DNA of 64,000 bases from Alphaproteobacteria bacterium (GCA_037190625.1 JBBCJP010000008.1:716-64715); one strand, 5' to 3'. Shown: positions 41,193-49,884, counted from the first letter of the stretch. A program made the numbers and translations. The notes: a model not told the origin generated them from the letters alone.

Positions 41193-41207
41193 GAACGTTT
41201 TAAGAAC
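41193..41207. promoter_or_regulatory. Alphaproteobacterial LexA box
   Basis: GAAC-GTTTTAA-GAAC (GAAC-N7-GAAC), 13 nt before the nrdA ATG. Confidence 0.6.
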
Positions 41208-41220
41208 ATGGGGTAGAGTG

Positions 41221-43116
41221 ATGGACCTGTCCGGCAGCAATGAAGTGAGCGCGAGCGACGTGACGACGGAAGTGCAGGAGCGTCCGGCCAAGGCCGCCCC
41301 CGCCAATTCGAAGTCGGTGACGCCGAACCCCTATAAACTGGAGCTCGACCGGAGCCGTGATGGCCTGCTGACCGATTTCGGCAAGGACACGCTGCAGGAC
41401 CGCTATCTGCTGCCCGGCGAATCCTACCAGGATCTCTTCGCGCGCGTCGCCTCGGCCTATGCCGACGACGAAGCGCATGCCCAGCGGCTCTACGATTATA
41501 TCTCGCGCCTGTGGTTCATGCCGGCGACGCCGGTCCTGTCCAATGGCGGCACGGGCCGGGGCCTGCCCATCTCCTGCTATCTGAACAGCGTGTCGGACAG
41601 CCTGGAGGGCATTGTCGGCACCTGGAACGAGAATGTCTGGCTCGCCTCGCGCGGCGGCGGCATCGGCACCTATTGGGGCAATGTGCGCGGCATCGGCGAG
41701 GCGGTCGGCCTCAACGGCAAGACCAGCGGCATCATCCCGTTCGTGCGCGTGATGGATTCGCTGACGCTCGCGATCAGCCAGGGCTCGCTGCGGCGCGGCT
41801 CGGCCGCCTGCTATCTCGACATCTCCCATCCGGAGATCGAGGAGTTTTTGGAAATCCGCAAGCCGTCGGGCGATTTCAACCGCAAGGCGCTGAACCTCCA
41901 TCACGGCGTCCTGATCTCGGACGCCTTCATGGAGGCGGTGCGCGACGGGACGGAGTGGGTGCTGCAAAGCCCCAAGGACGGCTCGGAGCGCGGCTCGGTG
42001 GACGCCCGCGCCCTCTTCCAGAAGCTGGTCGAGACCCGCCTCGCGACCGGCGAGCCCTATATCATCTTCATCGATCAGGTGAATCGCTCGATGCCCAAGC
42101 ATCACCGCGATCTGGGGCTGAAGGTCACCACGTCGAACCTGTGCAGCGAGATCACGCTGCCGACCGGCACCGATCATCTCGGCGCTGATCGCACCGCCGT
42201 GTGCTGCCTCTCCAGCCTCAATCTCGAGACCTGGGACGAATGGAACGGCGACAAGACCTTCATCGAGGACGTGATGCGCTTCCTCGACAATGTGCTGACC
42301 GACTATATCGATCGCGCGCCGGACGAGATGGCCCGCGCCCGCTATTCGGCCAGCCGGGAGCGCAGCGTCGGCCTCGGCGTGATGGGCTTCCACTCCTTCC
42401 TCCAGGCGCGCGGCCTGCCGTTCGAGGGGGCGATGGCCAAGTCCTGGAACATGAAGATCTTCAAGCATGTCCGCGCCCAGGTGGACGAGGCGTCGCTGAT
42501 GCTCGCCAACGAGCGCGGGCCCTGCCCGGACGCGGCCGACATGGGCGTGATGGAGCGTTTCTCCTGTAAGATGGCGATCGCGCCCACCGCGTCGATCAGC
42601 ATCATCGCCGGCGGCACCTCGGCCTGCATCGAGCCGATCCCGGCGAATATCTACACGCACAAGACGCTGTCGGGCTCCTGGTCGATCAAGAACCCGCATC
42701 TCCAGGCTTTGCTCAAGGAGAAGAGCAAGGACAGCGACAGCGTGTGGAATTCGATCCTGGAGCGGGGCGGCTCGGTCCAGCATCTCGATTTCCTTACGAG
42801 CGAGGAAAAGGACACGTTCAAGACCAGCTTCGAGATCGACCAGCGCTGGCTGATCGAGCTGGCGGCGGACCGCACGCCCTATATCGATCAGGCGACCAGC
42901 CTGAACCTCTTCATCCCGGCCGACGTGGACAAGTGGGACCTGCTGATGCTCCACTATCGCGCCTGGGAGCTGGGCATCAAATCGCTCTATTATCTGCGCT
43001 CCAAGAGCGTGCAGCGCGCCGGCTTCGCGGGCGGCGTGGAGGCGGACAACACGCCCGATCTCAAGGAGATCCAGATCGAAAGCACCGATTATGACGAGTG
43101 TTTGGCGTGCCAATGA
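41221..43116 (+). CDS. nrdA: Class I ribonucleotide reductase alpha subunit (short, no obvious ATP cone)
   Basis: FMPATPVL, ISCY, TSNLCSE catalytic motif, AIAPTASIS, SLYYLRS, C-terminal ECLACQ. Confidence 0.96.
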   Translation: MDLSGSNEVSASDVTTEVQERPAKAAPANSKSVTPNPYKLELDRSRDGLLTDFGKDTLQDRYLLPGESYQDLFARVASAYADDEAHAQRLYDYISRLWFMPATPVLSNGGTGRGLPISCYLNSVSDSLEGIVGTWNENVWLASRGGGIGTYWGNVRGIGEAVGLNGKTSGIIPFVRVMDSLTLAISQGSLRRGSAACYLDISHPEIEEFLEIRKPSGDFNRKALNLHHGVLISDAFMEAVRDGTEWVLQSPKDGSERGSVDARALFQKLVETRLATGEPYIIFIDQVNRSMPKHHRDLGLKVTTSNLCSEITLPTGTDHLGADRTAVCCLSSLNLETWDEWNGDKTFIEDVMRFLDNVLTDYIDRAPDEMARARYSASRERSVGLGVMGFHSFLQARGLPFEGAMAKSWNMKIFKHVRAQVDEASLMLANERGPCPDAADMGVMERFSCKMAIAPTASISIIAGGTSACIEPIPANIYTHKTLSGSWSIKNPHLQALLKEKSKDSDSVWNSILERGGSVQHLDFLTSEEKDTFKTSFEIDQRWLIELAADRTPYIDQATSLNLFIPADVDKWDLLMLHYRAWELGIKSLYYLRSKSVQRAGFAGGVEADNTPDLKEIQIESTDYDECLACQ

Positions 43117-43152
43117 TCGCCGTCGCGGCGCGCGGCCGGAGGCGCTGAGCCG

Positions 43153-43332
43153 ATGAGCCTCATGGACGTCGCCAGGTACGGCGCGGGCTTCGTCTTCGCG
43201 GGCGCGGGGCTGTACGTCCTCTTCGTCTCGCGCGGCGAGGAGGGCTTCGGCCAGCGCCGCCAGCTCGGCGTCCTCCTGCTCGCCGGCGGCGCGCTGCTGC
43301 TCGCCGTCGGCTTCGGCCTGGTGGATTTCTAG
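43153..43332 (+). CDS. 59-aa two-TM protein between nrdA and nrdB
   Basis: Manual translation MSLMDVARYGAGFVFAGAGLYVLFVSRGEEGFGQRRQLGVLLLAGGALLLAVGFGLVDF; host-like codon usage; below the ORF-track cutoff. Confidence 0.7.
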   Translation: MSLMDVARYGAGFVFAGAGLYVLFVSRGEEGFGQRRQLGVLLLAGGALLLAVGFGLVDF

Positions 43333-43385
43333 GCGATGGTCCGCGTCCGCCCCGTCGTCGTGCTGGCGCCGTCCTTTCTCCTTCC

Positions 43386-43452
43386 CGTCACCCCGGCGAA
43401 GGCCGGGGTCCAGATGGGCCCCACAACTTTCGCGGCCTGGGCCGCAATGACG
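43386..43452. repeat. CGTC-type REP with degenerate partner
   Basis: CGTCACCCCGGCGAAGGCCGGGGTCCA ... GCAATGACG. Confidence 0.75.
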
Positions 43453-43472
43453 ATTGAACCGGAGTAACCCCA

Positions 43473-44525
43473 ATGCCCCTTCTTCAGGCCTCCAAGACCT
43501 ACAAGCCCTTCGAATATCCCTGGGCGTTCGAGTTCTGGAAGCGTCAGCAGCAGATTCACTGGATGCCCGAGGAGGTGCCGCTCGGCGAGGATTGCCGCGA
43601 TTGGGCGCAGAAGCTGACCGAGCATGAGCGCAATCTGCTCACCCAGATCTTCCGCTTCTTCACGCAGGCCGATGTCGAGGTGCAGGATTGCTACCACGAC
43701 AAATATGGCCGCGTGTTCAAGCCGACCGAGATCAAAATGATGCTGACGGCCTTCTCCAACATGGAGACGGTCCACATCGCGGCCTATTCCCACCTGCTCG
43801 ACACGATCGGCATGCCGGAGAGCGAATATTCGGCCTTCCTCCAGTACAAGGAGATGAAGGACAAGCACGACTATCTCGCCACCTTCGGCGTCGACAATGA
43901 CGAGGACATCGCCAAGACGCTCGCCATGTTCGGCGGCTTCACGGAGGGGCTGCAGCTCTTCGCCAGCTTCGCGATGCTGATGAACTTCCCGCGCTTCAAC
44001 AAGATGAAGGGCATGGGCCAGATCGTGAGCTGGTCGGTCCGCGACGAAAGCCTCCATTGCGAGGGCATCACCCGCCTCTTCCACGCCTTCGTGAAGGAGC
44101 GCGATTGCCTGACCAAGAGCGTGAAGGACGACATCCTCGACGTCTGCCAGAAGACGGTCCGGCTGGAGGACGCCTTCATCGATCTGGCGTTCGAACAGGG
44201 CCCCGTCCCCGGCATGACGCCCAAGGAGATCAAGAAGTACATCCGCTACATCGCCGACTGGCGCCTCGGCCAATTGGGCTTCGCGCCGATCTACATGGTC
44301 GACGAACACCCCCTCCCCTGGCTCGCCCCGCTCCTCAACGGCGTCGAGCACGCCAACTTCTTCGAAACCCGCGCGACGGAATATTCGAAGGCCGCGACAC
44401 GGGGGAATTGGAACGAGGTCTGGGACAATTTCGACCGGCGGCAAAAGGCTAAGGTCGCGAACGACGCGCCGGAAGGCGAGGGCGGGGACGACATGTTCAC
44501 GCGGGCCGGTGTGGCGGCGGAGTAA
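43473..44525 (+). CDS. nrdB: Class Ia ribonucleotide reductase beta subunit
   Basis: FFTQAD, METVHIAAY (metal ligands plus radical Tyr), FTEG, RDESLH. Confidence 0.96.
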   Translation: MPLLQASKTYKPFEYPWAFEFWKRQQQIHWMPEEVPLGEDCRDWAQKLTEHERNLLTQIFRFFTQADVEVQDCYHDKYGRVFKPTEIKMMLTAFSNMETVHIAAYSHLLDTIGMPESEYSAFLQYKEMKDKHDYLATFGVDNDEDIAKTLAMFGGFTEGLQLFASFAMLMNFPRFNKMKGMGQIVSWSVRDESLHCEGITRLFHAFVKERDCLTKSVKDDILDVCQKTVRLEDAFIDLAFEQGPVPGMTPKEIKKYIRYIADWRLGQLGFAPIYMVDEHPLPWLAPLLNGVEHANFFETRATEYSKAATRGNWNEVWDNFDRRQKAKVANDAPEGEGGDDMFTRAGVAAE

Positions 44526-44531
44526 AATGAC

Positions 44532-44559
44532 TTGTCAGGTCGTCGTGCCCTTGTAATTT
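44532..44559 (+). promoter_or_regulatory. Candidate sigma70 promoter for a leaderless RT transcript
   Basis: TTGTCA-N16-TAATTT, then 6 nt to the ATG at 44566; no clear SD. Confidence 0.4.
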
Positions 44560-44565
44560 GAGAAA

Positions 44566-46038
44566 ATGCAGGCGGATTTCGTTCGTGACGCCCTTTTGCA
44601 GGCGAACTATTTCCCAAATCACAAGGTCAAAAGTAGGGAGATGCCTCCCTGTTTTCATACGAAGCACCTCACTTCGGCAGTAGCAGCGGCTATCGTCGCT
44701 GCTCAGAAGCCCGCACCCGGAAAATATAAGGGCTGCGACTATGCCCAATATACCCTCACCCGTTTCAACGGGGGTCCAAGGGTGTGCGGGATTCCTCACC
44801 CGTATTCCTACTGCGTTCTTGTCGAGAAAATCCATCAGGAATGGGATCGGATAAAGCCGCAACTCATTTCAAGCTCTAGCGCTATCCAACCCAAGCAGCA
44901 TGCAGATGGACGCTTGTTTGTTATGGACTACGGAAATCAGCGAGCAACATCTGCTCGCTACTTGAACAAGCAGGCATCGGCGCGATTCATAGTCAACGCG
45001 GATATCGCGAATTTTTATCCTAGTCTCTACACTCACGCGATTCCTTGGGCAATCGTCGGCATCGACAATGCGAAACAAAATATCAGCGCAAAGAAATGGT
45101 ATAACGCGTTAGATCGGGATATTCGAAACTGCCGCAGAGCTGAAACTAACGGTGTTTCCATTGGCCCCGGCACTTCAAGCCTAGCTGCCGAGATAGTCCT
45201 ATCGCAAATAGATAGGAAGCTAGAGAAACAATTCACATATAATCGCTTCATAGACGATTATACGTGCTACACTCGCTCCAGACAGAGCGCCGAGGACTTT
45301 TTGCGTCAACTAGAGACTGAGCTTGCTAGATACAATCTATATTTGAATTTCCGTAAAACTAGAATTTTTTCAATGCCGGATTCTGAAATACCGCGTTGGA
45401 TTGATCAACTGGCAGTTGATACGCTTCCGAATCAGCCGTCATTCTATCAGACGAAGATTTTTATAAATCGCGCACTCCATCTTTCTGAAGAGTGCCCTGA
45501 CGGAAGTGTCCTCAGATACGCCATACATTCGCTCACTGGAAGAAAATTTGACAAGGGTACCGGAGAATATATTCTCAGAATCTTGCTAAGCCTCGGCCTT
45601 AATCATCCTCATGTGGCTTCTTCCATTGAGCCTTTCCTAGATTATGGATATGATAATGCTGGTAACTTCAAGTACACAACAGAGTTGGTATCACTTGTAG
45701 AATCTTCTGCCCTCGCACGCCGATCGGACGCAATTTGCTGGTCCCTGTGGATGGTGCGGCAAACTGGAAGTGCTCTTCCACTTGGGGTCGAAACTCTGGT
45801 TCTAAAGACATACGATACTTTCGGCCTAGTAGCGCTCTATCAGGTTGCCTCATCTCAAACGCGTCGATCCATTACCTTGTTTGTTAAAAAGCGAGTGCTG
45901 AGCCGTCCGCATTCGGTTGTGGAGAGGAACTGGTTCCTAGTTCATTACCTTCTAAATACAGGCCGACTGGCAGTCGCCGATGTGAACGACGCATCGCTGA
46001 GGGTGTTGAAAGCGCAATCCACCAACCTTTTTGATTGA
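44566..46038 (+). CDS. Stand-alone reverse transcriptase, DRT4 (UG15)-like anti-phage RT, 490 aa
   Basis: RT motifs ADIANFYPSLYTHAIPWA, GVSIGPGTS..AEIVL, RFIDDY, LNFRKT. Family-type segments NYFPN..EMPP, YTLTRFN..PR..GIPHP, QPKQHADGRLFVMDY, PDGSVLRYA and RRSDAICW recalled from DRT4. Many A/T-ending codons. Confidence 0.8.
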   Translation: MQADFVRDALLQANYFPNHKVKSREMPPCFHTKHLTSAVAAAIVAAQKPAPGKYKGCDYAQYTLTRFNGGPRVCGIPHPYSYCVLVEKIHQEWDRIKPQLISSSSAIQPKQHADGRLFVMDYGNQRATSARYLNKQASARFIVNADIANFYPSLYTHAIPWAIVGIDNAKQNISAKKWYNALDRDIRNCRRAETNGVSIGPGTSSLAAEIVLSQIDRKLEKQFTYNRFIDDYTCYTRSRQSAEDFLRQLETELARYNLYLNFRKTRIFSMPDSEIPRWIDQLAVDTLPNQPSFYQTKIFINRALHLSEECPDGSVLRYAIHSLTGRKFDKGTGEYILRILLSLGLNHPHVASSIEPFLDYGYDNAGNFKYTTELVSLVESSALARRSDAICWSLWMVRQTGSALPLGVETLVLKTYDTFGLVALYQVASSQTRRSITLFVKKRVLSRPHSVVERNWFLVHYLLNTGRLAVADVNDASLRVLKAQSTNLFD

Positions 46039-46144
46039 GTCGAAATTTGGGGACTCTGATTGCGGCGCGAATTCCGGGCACACAATACCCAATTCGGATT
46101 ACGGTGACAGTGCACTAAATTAGCGCATTGCTCCCCAATCCTCC

Positions 46145-46446
46145 TCAATCCCGCCAATAGCTTCCCCGCTCCGCGCCGTCGAAACCGGCCGGAGGACATG
46201 CAGTAGCGCTTGAAATCTCTTCCCCGAACCGCATGGGCACGGATCGTCGCGGCCGAGTTTCTCGACCAACTCCTTCTCGCCGCCGCGCAAGAAGCGCAGC
46301 CCGCGCTTCACCCGCGTCTCGCTCGGTAAGCCCCTTCCTTCATTGCGAGCTCGCAGGGCGCGGCAATCCCGATTGCGACGCGACTGGATCGCCACGGCGC
46401 TACGCGCCTCGCGATGACGGACGATAAACCTCGGAACCCGGATCAA
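46145..46446 (-). CDS. SEC-C motif protein, apparently needing two +1 frameshifts; start uncertain
   Basis: PSETRVKRG...[22 protein letters not shown] in frame 0. A +1 shift at TTT-C (46215-46212) gives [10 protein letters not shown], and a second +1 at TTT-C (46184-46181) gives [11 protein letters not shown]-stop (46147-46145). Confidence 0.6.
46339..46419. repeat. Inverted pair of CGTC-type REPs (same family as 27457-27872)
   Basis: TTCATTGCGAGCTCGCAGGGCGCGGCAATCC ... CTGGATCGCCACGGCGCTACGCGCCTCGCGATGACG. Confidence 0.8.
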
Positions 46447-46467
46447 AGTACCACTTTGATCCGCCCC

Positions 46468-47052
46468 TCAGCACCAACCCTCCCGCCGCCCTGTCCACGT
46501 CCGCGCCAGTCCCTCGCTGACCAGCTGGTCGCCCAGGCTGCGTCCGTCGCGGATCACGACGCGCAGCTTGCGGCCATATTGGTCCTCGTCCCGGCCGCTC
46601 GCCAGCGGGTGCAGCTCGATCGGCCCCTGTGCGATCAGCGTCCGCATCCGCGCCGTCGCGCGCCGCGCCAGATCGCTTTCATGGGCGCAGCGCCCGTCCA
46701 TTTCCGGTGTGTCGATATCGGCGATCCGCACCTTCAGCCCACGAAAGCGGAACGTGTCGCCGTCGATCATCCGCACCTCGCCCGGCCGTGCGATCGTCAC
46801 GTCACTGCGCGTCACGCCCGCACCAGCCGCGCCTTGCGGCGCCGGTCCTTGCGTCCAGACCGGCAGGCCGATCAGCGCGATGGCGAGCCCGGCGAAGATG
46901 CCCCCCAGCAAGGTCAGCCGGATTTCGCCCGCGCTGAACCGCCAGCGGCTTCGGCCACGGGCGCGCGCCCGACGCCGGGGACGGTTCCACCGGAAGGCCC
47001 GTCCGGTCGCCTGCCGGCTCCAATCGCGGTTCGGGTCCCAATGCCTGGACAT
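46468..47052 (-). CDS. Thermonuclease (SNase-like) family protein, membrane-anchored
   Basis: IDGDTF, VRIADIDTPE, DQYGRKLR, LVSEGLAR.W; TM segment before the nuclease domain. Confidence 0.9.
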   Translation of the reverse strand: MSRHWDPNRDWSRQATGRAFRWNRPRRRARARGRSRWRFSAGEIRLTLLGGIFAGLAIALIGLPVWTQGPAPQGAAGAGVTRSDVTIARPGEVRMIDGDTFRFRGLKVRIADIDTPEMDGRCAHESDLARRATARMRTLIAQGPIELHPLASGRDEDQYGRKLRVVIRDGRSLGDQLVSEGLARTWTGRREGWC

Positions 47053-47389
47053 CTCTCCGCTCTAGCGGCTCAGTCCTAATCCTTCGCAAAGGGCCAACTG
47101 GACCTTCTCCGCGCCCTTGCGTCTCCGCGCGAACCCGAAAGCCGATTGTTGGATACAAATAGGATTTCGTCTGTCAGCCTTGCCGAATCGGTCCGTTCCG
47201 GCGGGCCGACGGCTCTTTCAGATCGTCCGCCCGCCGCCGGAATTCCCCGCCGGAATCGCCGCGCCCTCGGCCCGTGATCGGGGCGCCGAAACACCCCCTC
47301 ACCCTGTAAACTTTGTAAACTTCGCAGAGAGGGCGCCGCCAAATCCGGCGCGCGATTTGCGCCGCAGACGCACCTGCTTCGGCCCGTCC

Positions 47390-47740
47390 TCACCCCCGCA
47401 AAATCTTCTCCATCTTGCGGCCCTTGGCGAGTTCGTCGATCAGCTTGTCCATGTAGCGCAGCTCGCGCATCAGCGGCTCCTCGATCTCCTCCACGCGATG
47501 GCCGCAGATCATGCCGGTGATCAGCGTCCGGTTCGGGTTCAGCCGGGGCGCGCCCGCGAAGAAGTCCTCGAAGTTGGTCCTCGCCGCGATCTCCGCCTCC
47601 AGGCTCGCCTGGCTGTGCCCGGTCAGCCAGCGCAGGATCTCGTCCACCTCGTCCTTCGTCCGCCCCTTCCGCTCCGCCTTGGCGATGTAGAGCGGATAGA
47701 CGCTCGCGAAGCTCATCCGGTAGATGCGGTGCTGGGTCAT
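47390..47740 (-). CDS. DUF2200 family protein
   Basis: [55 protein letters not shown]. Confidence 0.92.
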   Translation of the reverse strand: MTQHRIYRMSFASVYPLYIAKAERKGRTKDEVDEILRWLTGHSQASLEAEIAARTNFEDFFAGAPRLNPNRTLITGMICGHRVEEIEEPLMRELRYMDKLIDELAKGRKMEKILRG

Positions 47741-47832
47741 GGCCGGACCCTGCGCGCCGCGATCGGGGAGGTCAATCGCCCGCCCCCGCCGCCGTATCCG
47801 CCGCCGTCCCCGCCCCCGCCCCGCCGCAGCCG

Positions 47833-48732
47833 TCAGGCGTGGTCGCAGCCCGGCTCGCCGTCACAGATCAGGGCGTCATAGCCGGAACCGGCGTCGATCA
47901 TGTGGGCGGCCAGCACGGCGGATTGATAGGCCTTGGCGCGGCCTGTCCCGAAATAGGCGCCGGCATGCCTGAGCCAGCCCTGCGCCCATTCGATCCAGCC
48001 CTGGCTGGCCGGCACGCGGCGGCCGATCGAGACATAGGCGCCGGCGACCAGGCCTGGCCAGATCCGCGCGAGGAAGGCGCGGACCGGGGCGGGCGTGTCG
48101 AGCCCGAGCGGCAGCAGCGGCACGGCGTCGAGCGCCACTTCGTAGCGCACGCAGTCGATTCCGGCGGCGTGATAGGCGTCGCGGAAGGCATCGTTCCCCG
48201 TCCGCGCCGCGGCGACGGTGAAGACGCGCACCGGCAAATCGGGCCAGAGCTGGCGCGCGCGCCAGGCGGCGAGATTGGCCAGCGCACCGCCTTTGCTGTG
48301 CCCGGTGATGAACAGCCTTTGCGGGCCGCCATCGGCCAGCAGCGCGGCGATCGCCGTCGCCAGGCCCGGCGCGCCGGCCTCGTCGCGCCACAGCCGGTCG
48401 ATCGATTGCGCGAAGCCGGGATGCACCTGCCCCGGATAGGGGGCGATCGCCCCGGCGACGAACTTGCCGTTATTCGCCCAGTCGAGCAGCACCGCCTCGC
48501 TGGCATGTTCGTCGTCCTGCTTGAAAGGCGGCAGCGTGCCGCGAAACGCCACCAGCACGCCCTCCGGGATGCGCCCGGCCAGCGCCAGGTCGATCGGCTG
48601 TTGCCAATGCGATGCCTTGCGCTCGATGACTAGGGGATCGCCGGCCCAGTCGACCTCGCGCTGCTCGACGGCCTGTTTCGGCGCATAGCTTTGTGCGCAG
48701 GCGAAAAGCATCCGGCGCTTCAGGCAATGCAT
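47833..48732 (-). CDS. Lipase class 3 family protein
   Basis: [34 protein letters not shown], terminal His. Confidence 0.85.
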   Translation of the reverse strand: MHCLKRRMLFACAQSYAPKQAVEQREVDWAGDPLVIERKASHWQQPIDLALAGRIPEGVLVAFRGTLPPFKQDDEHASEAVLLDWANNGKFVAGAIAPYPGQVHPGFAQSIDRLWRDEAGAPGLATAIAALLADGGPQRLFITGHSKGGALANLAAWRARQLWPDLPVRVFTVAAARTGNDAFRDAYHAAGIDCVRYEVALDAVPLLPLGLDTPAPVRAFLARIWPGLVAGAYVSIGRRVPASQGWIEWAQGWLRHAGAYFGTGRAKAYQSAVLAAHMIDAGSGYDALICDGEPGCDHA

Positions 48733-48855
48733 CGCTCTTCCCCCGACATCGGCGCCGCGTGACCATGCCGAAAGACCGTGGCGACCGGATTGTTTCTTTG
48801 CCGCCTTACCGGAATTTCGTTCCCGATACTATTGCCGGGGGTTCGATACGGCCCG

Positions 48856-49761
48856 CTATTCGCCGACGTCTTTGCCGGAGCGCTGCGCCGCAGGAATCGC
48901 GCCGATCGCCATCAGCAGCAGCGTGCCGCCGATCCCGCCGCACATGAAGGTGAAGAGCAAGCCGAGCAGGGTCATCGCGAAATAGGTGTCGCGTTGGCCA
49001 TTCTCGCCGTCCCGGAGCAGGTAATGGGGCCTCGCGATCGGCACGCCGCTGCGCTCCAGCGCGATCCGGGCATAAGCGGGCAGGCCGTTCTCGATCAGGT
49101 AGCCCTCCGCCGTTTCCGGCTCCGCGGCCCGCGCCTCCGGCCGGCCGTTGTAGGAGCGTTCCAGGAAGAGAATGATTGGCGCCTCGCCACTTGTGCCCTC
49201 ACTTCCCTTCGTCCCCGTGCCGGGCCGGAAGCCGCCATAGAGCCAGTAACGCTCGCCGCCGCGCAGCGATTCGTGGAAGCCGACGACCGCGCCGATGTCG
49301 CGCACGCCCGTGATCGCGACACGTCCCTCCGGCACCGCGCCGCGCGCCAGGTCTTCCGGAGAGAGCAAGGCGGCCGCTTCCTGCCCGTCCGGCGCCCGCG
49401 CCGCCCGGACGCCGCCGGTTACCGCCATCGCCAGAAACCCGGCGGCGAGGCCGAGCAGGACGACGCCGTAGCGGCGATACAGGAGCCGTCGCGCTGCCTC
49501 GCCTTGTTCGGCCATGGCATGTTCGAACCGGAACACTGCGCCCCACAGCACCCAGATCGAAGGAAGCGTGAGGATCAGGATCAGGAAGAGGATGTCCGCG
49601 CCCAGAATGCTGCCGGTGCGCAGGCTATATTCGGTCTCGATCCAGGCGATCGGCCCCTGTCCGGTCAGCTTGGCCCAGATGCTGGCGAGCACCACCAGGG
49701 CGAGCCAGGCCAGCGCCAGCCATGTTCCCGGCCGCGCCGCGCTCCTCTCGTTCTTCGCCAT
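48856..49761 (-). CDS. Hypothetical membrane protein
   Basis: Three N-terminal TM segments, soluble domain, C-terminal TM; start ATG 49761. Confidence 0.7.
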   Translation of the reverse strand: MAKNERSAARPGTWLALAWLALVVLASIWAKLTGQGPIAWIETEYSLRTGSILGADILFLILILTLPSIWVLWGAVFRFEHAMAEQGEAARRLLYRRYGVVLLGLAAGFLAMAVTGGVRAARAPDGQEAAALLSPEDLARGAVPEGRVAITGVRDIGAVVGFHESLRGGERYWLYGGFRPGTGTKGSEGTSGEAPIILFLERSYNGRPEARAAEPETAEGYLIENGLPAYARIALERSGVPIARPHYLLRDGENGQRDTYFAMTLLGLLFTFMCGGIGGTLLLMAIGAIPAAQRSGKDVGE

Positions 49762-49884
49762 CGCACGTCCCCCCGAACGCCGTCCCTCGCAGCCAAGCGC
49801 GAACACGGCAGATCGTCAAGCCGCCCTTGCGCTTCGCCCGCGCGCCGCCATGATGGCGGGCGGAGCAGGATGATCGGAGGATTC

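Noticed and set aside
44526-46038. RT as retron, group II intron or DGR
   Set aside because: Only 40 nt lie upstream (no room for msr-msd), there is no VTG retron motif, no maturase/endonuclease domain or intron flanks, and no TR/VR repeat pair or avd gene.
47076-47393. 105-aa minus-strand ORF downstream of DUF2200
   Set aside because: Arg/Gly/Pro-rich with no motif, and it runs through repeat-like sequence; not supportable as a gene.
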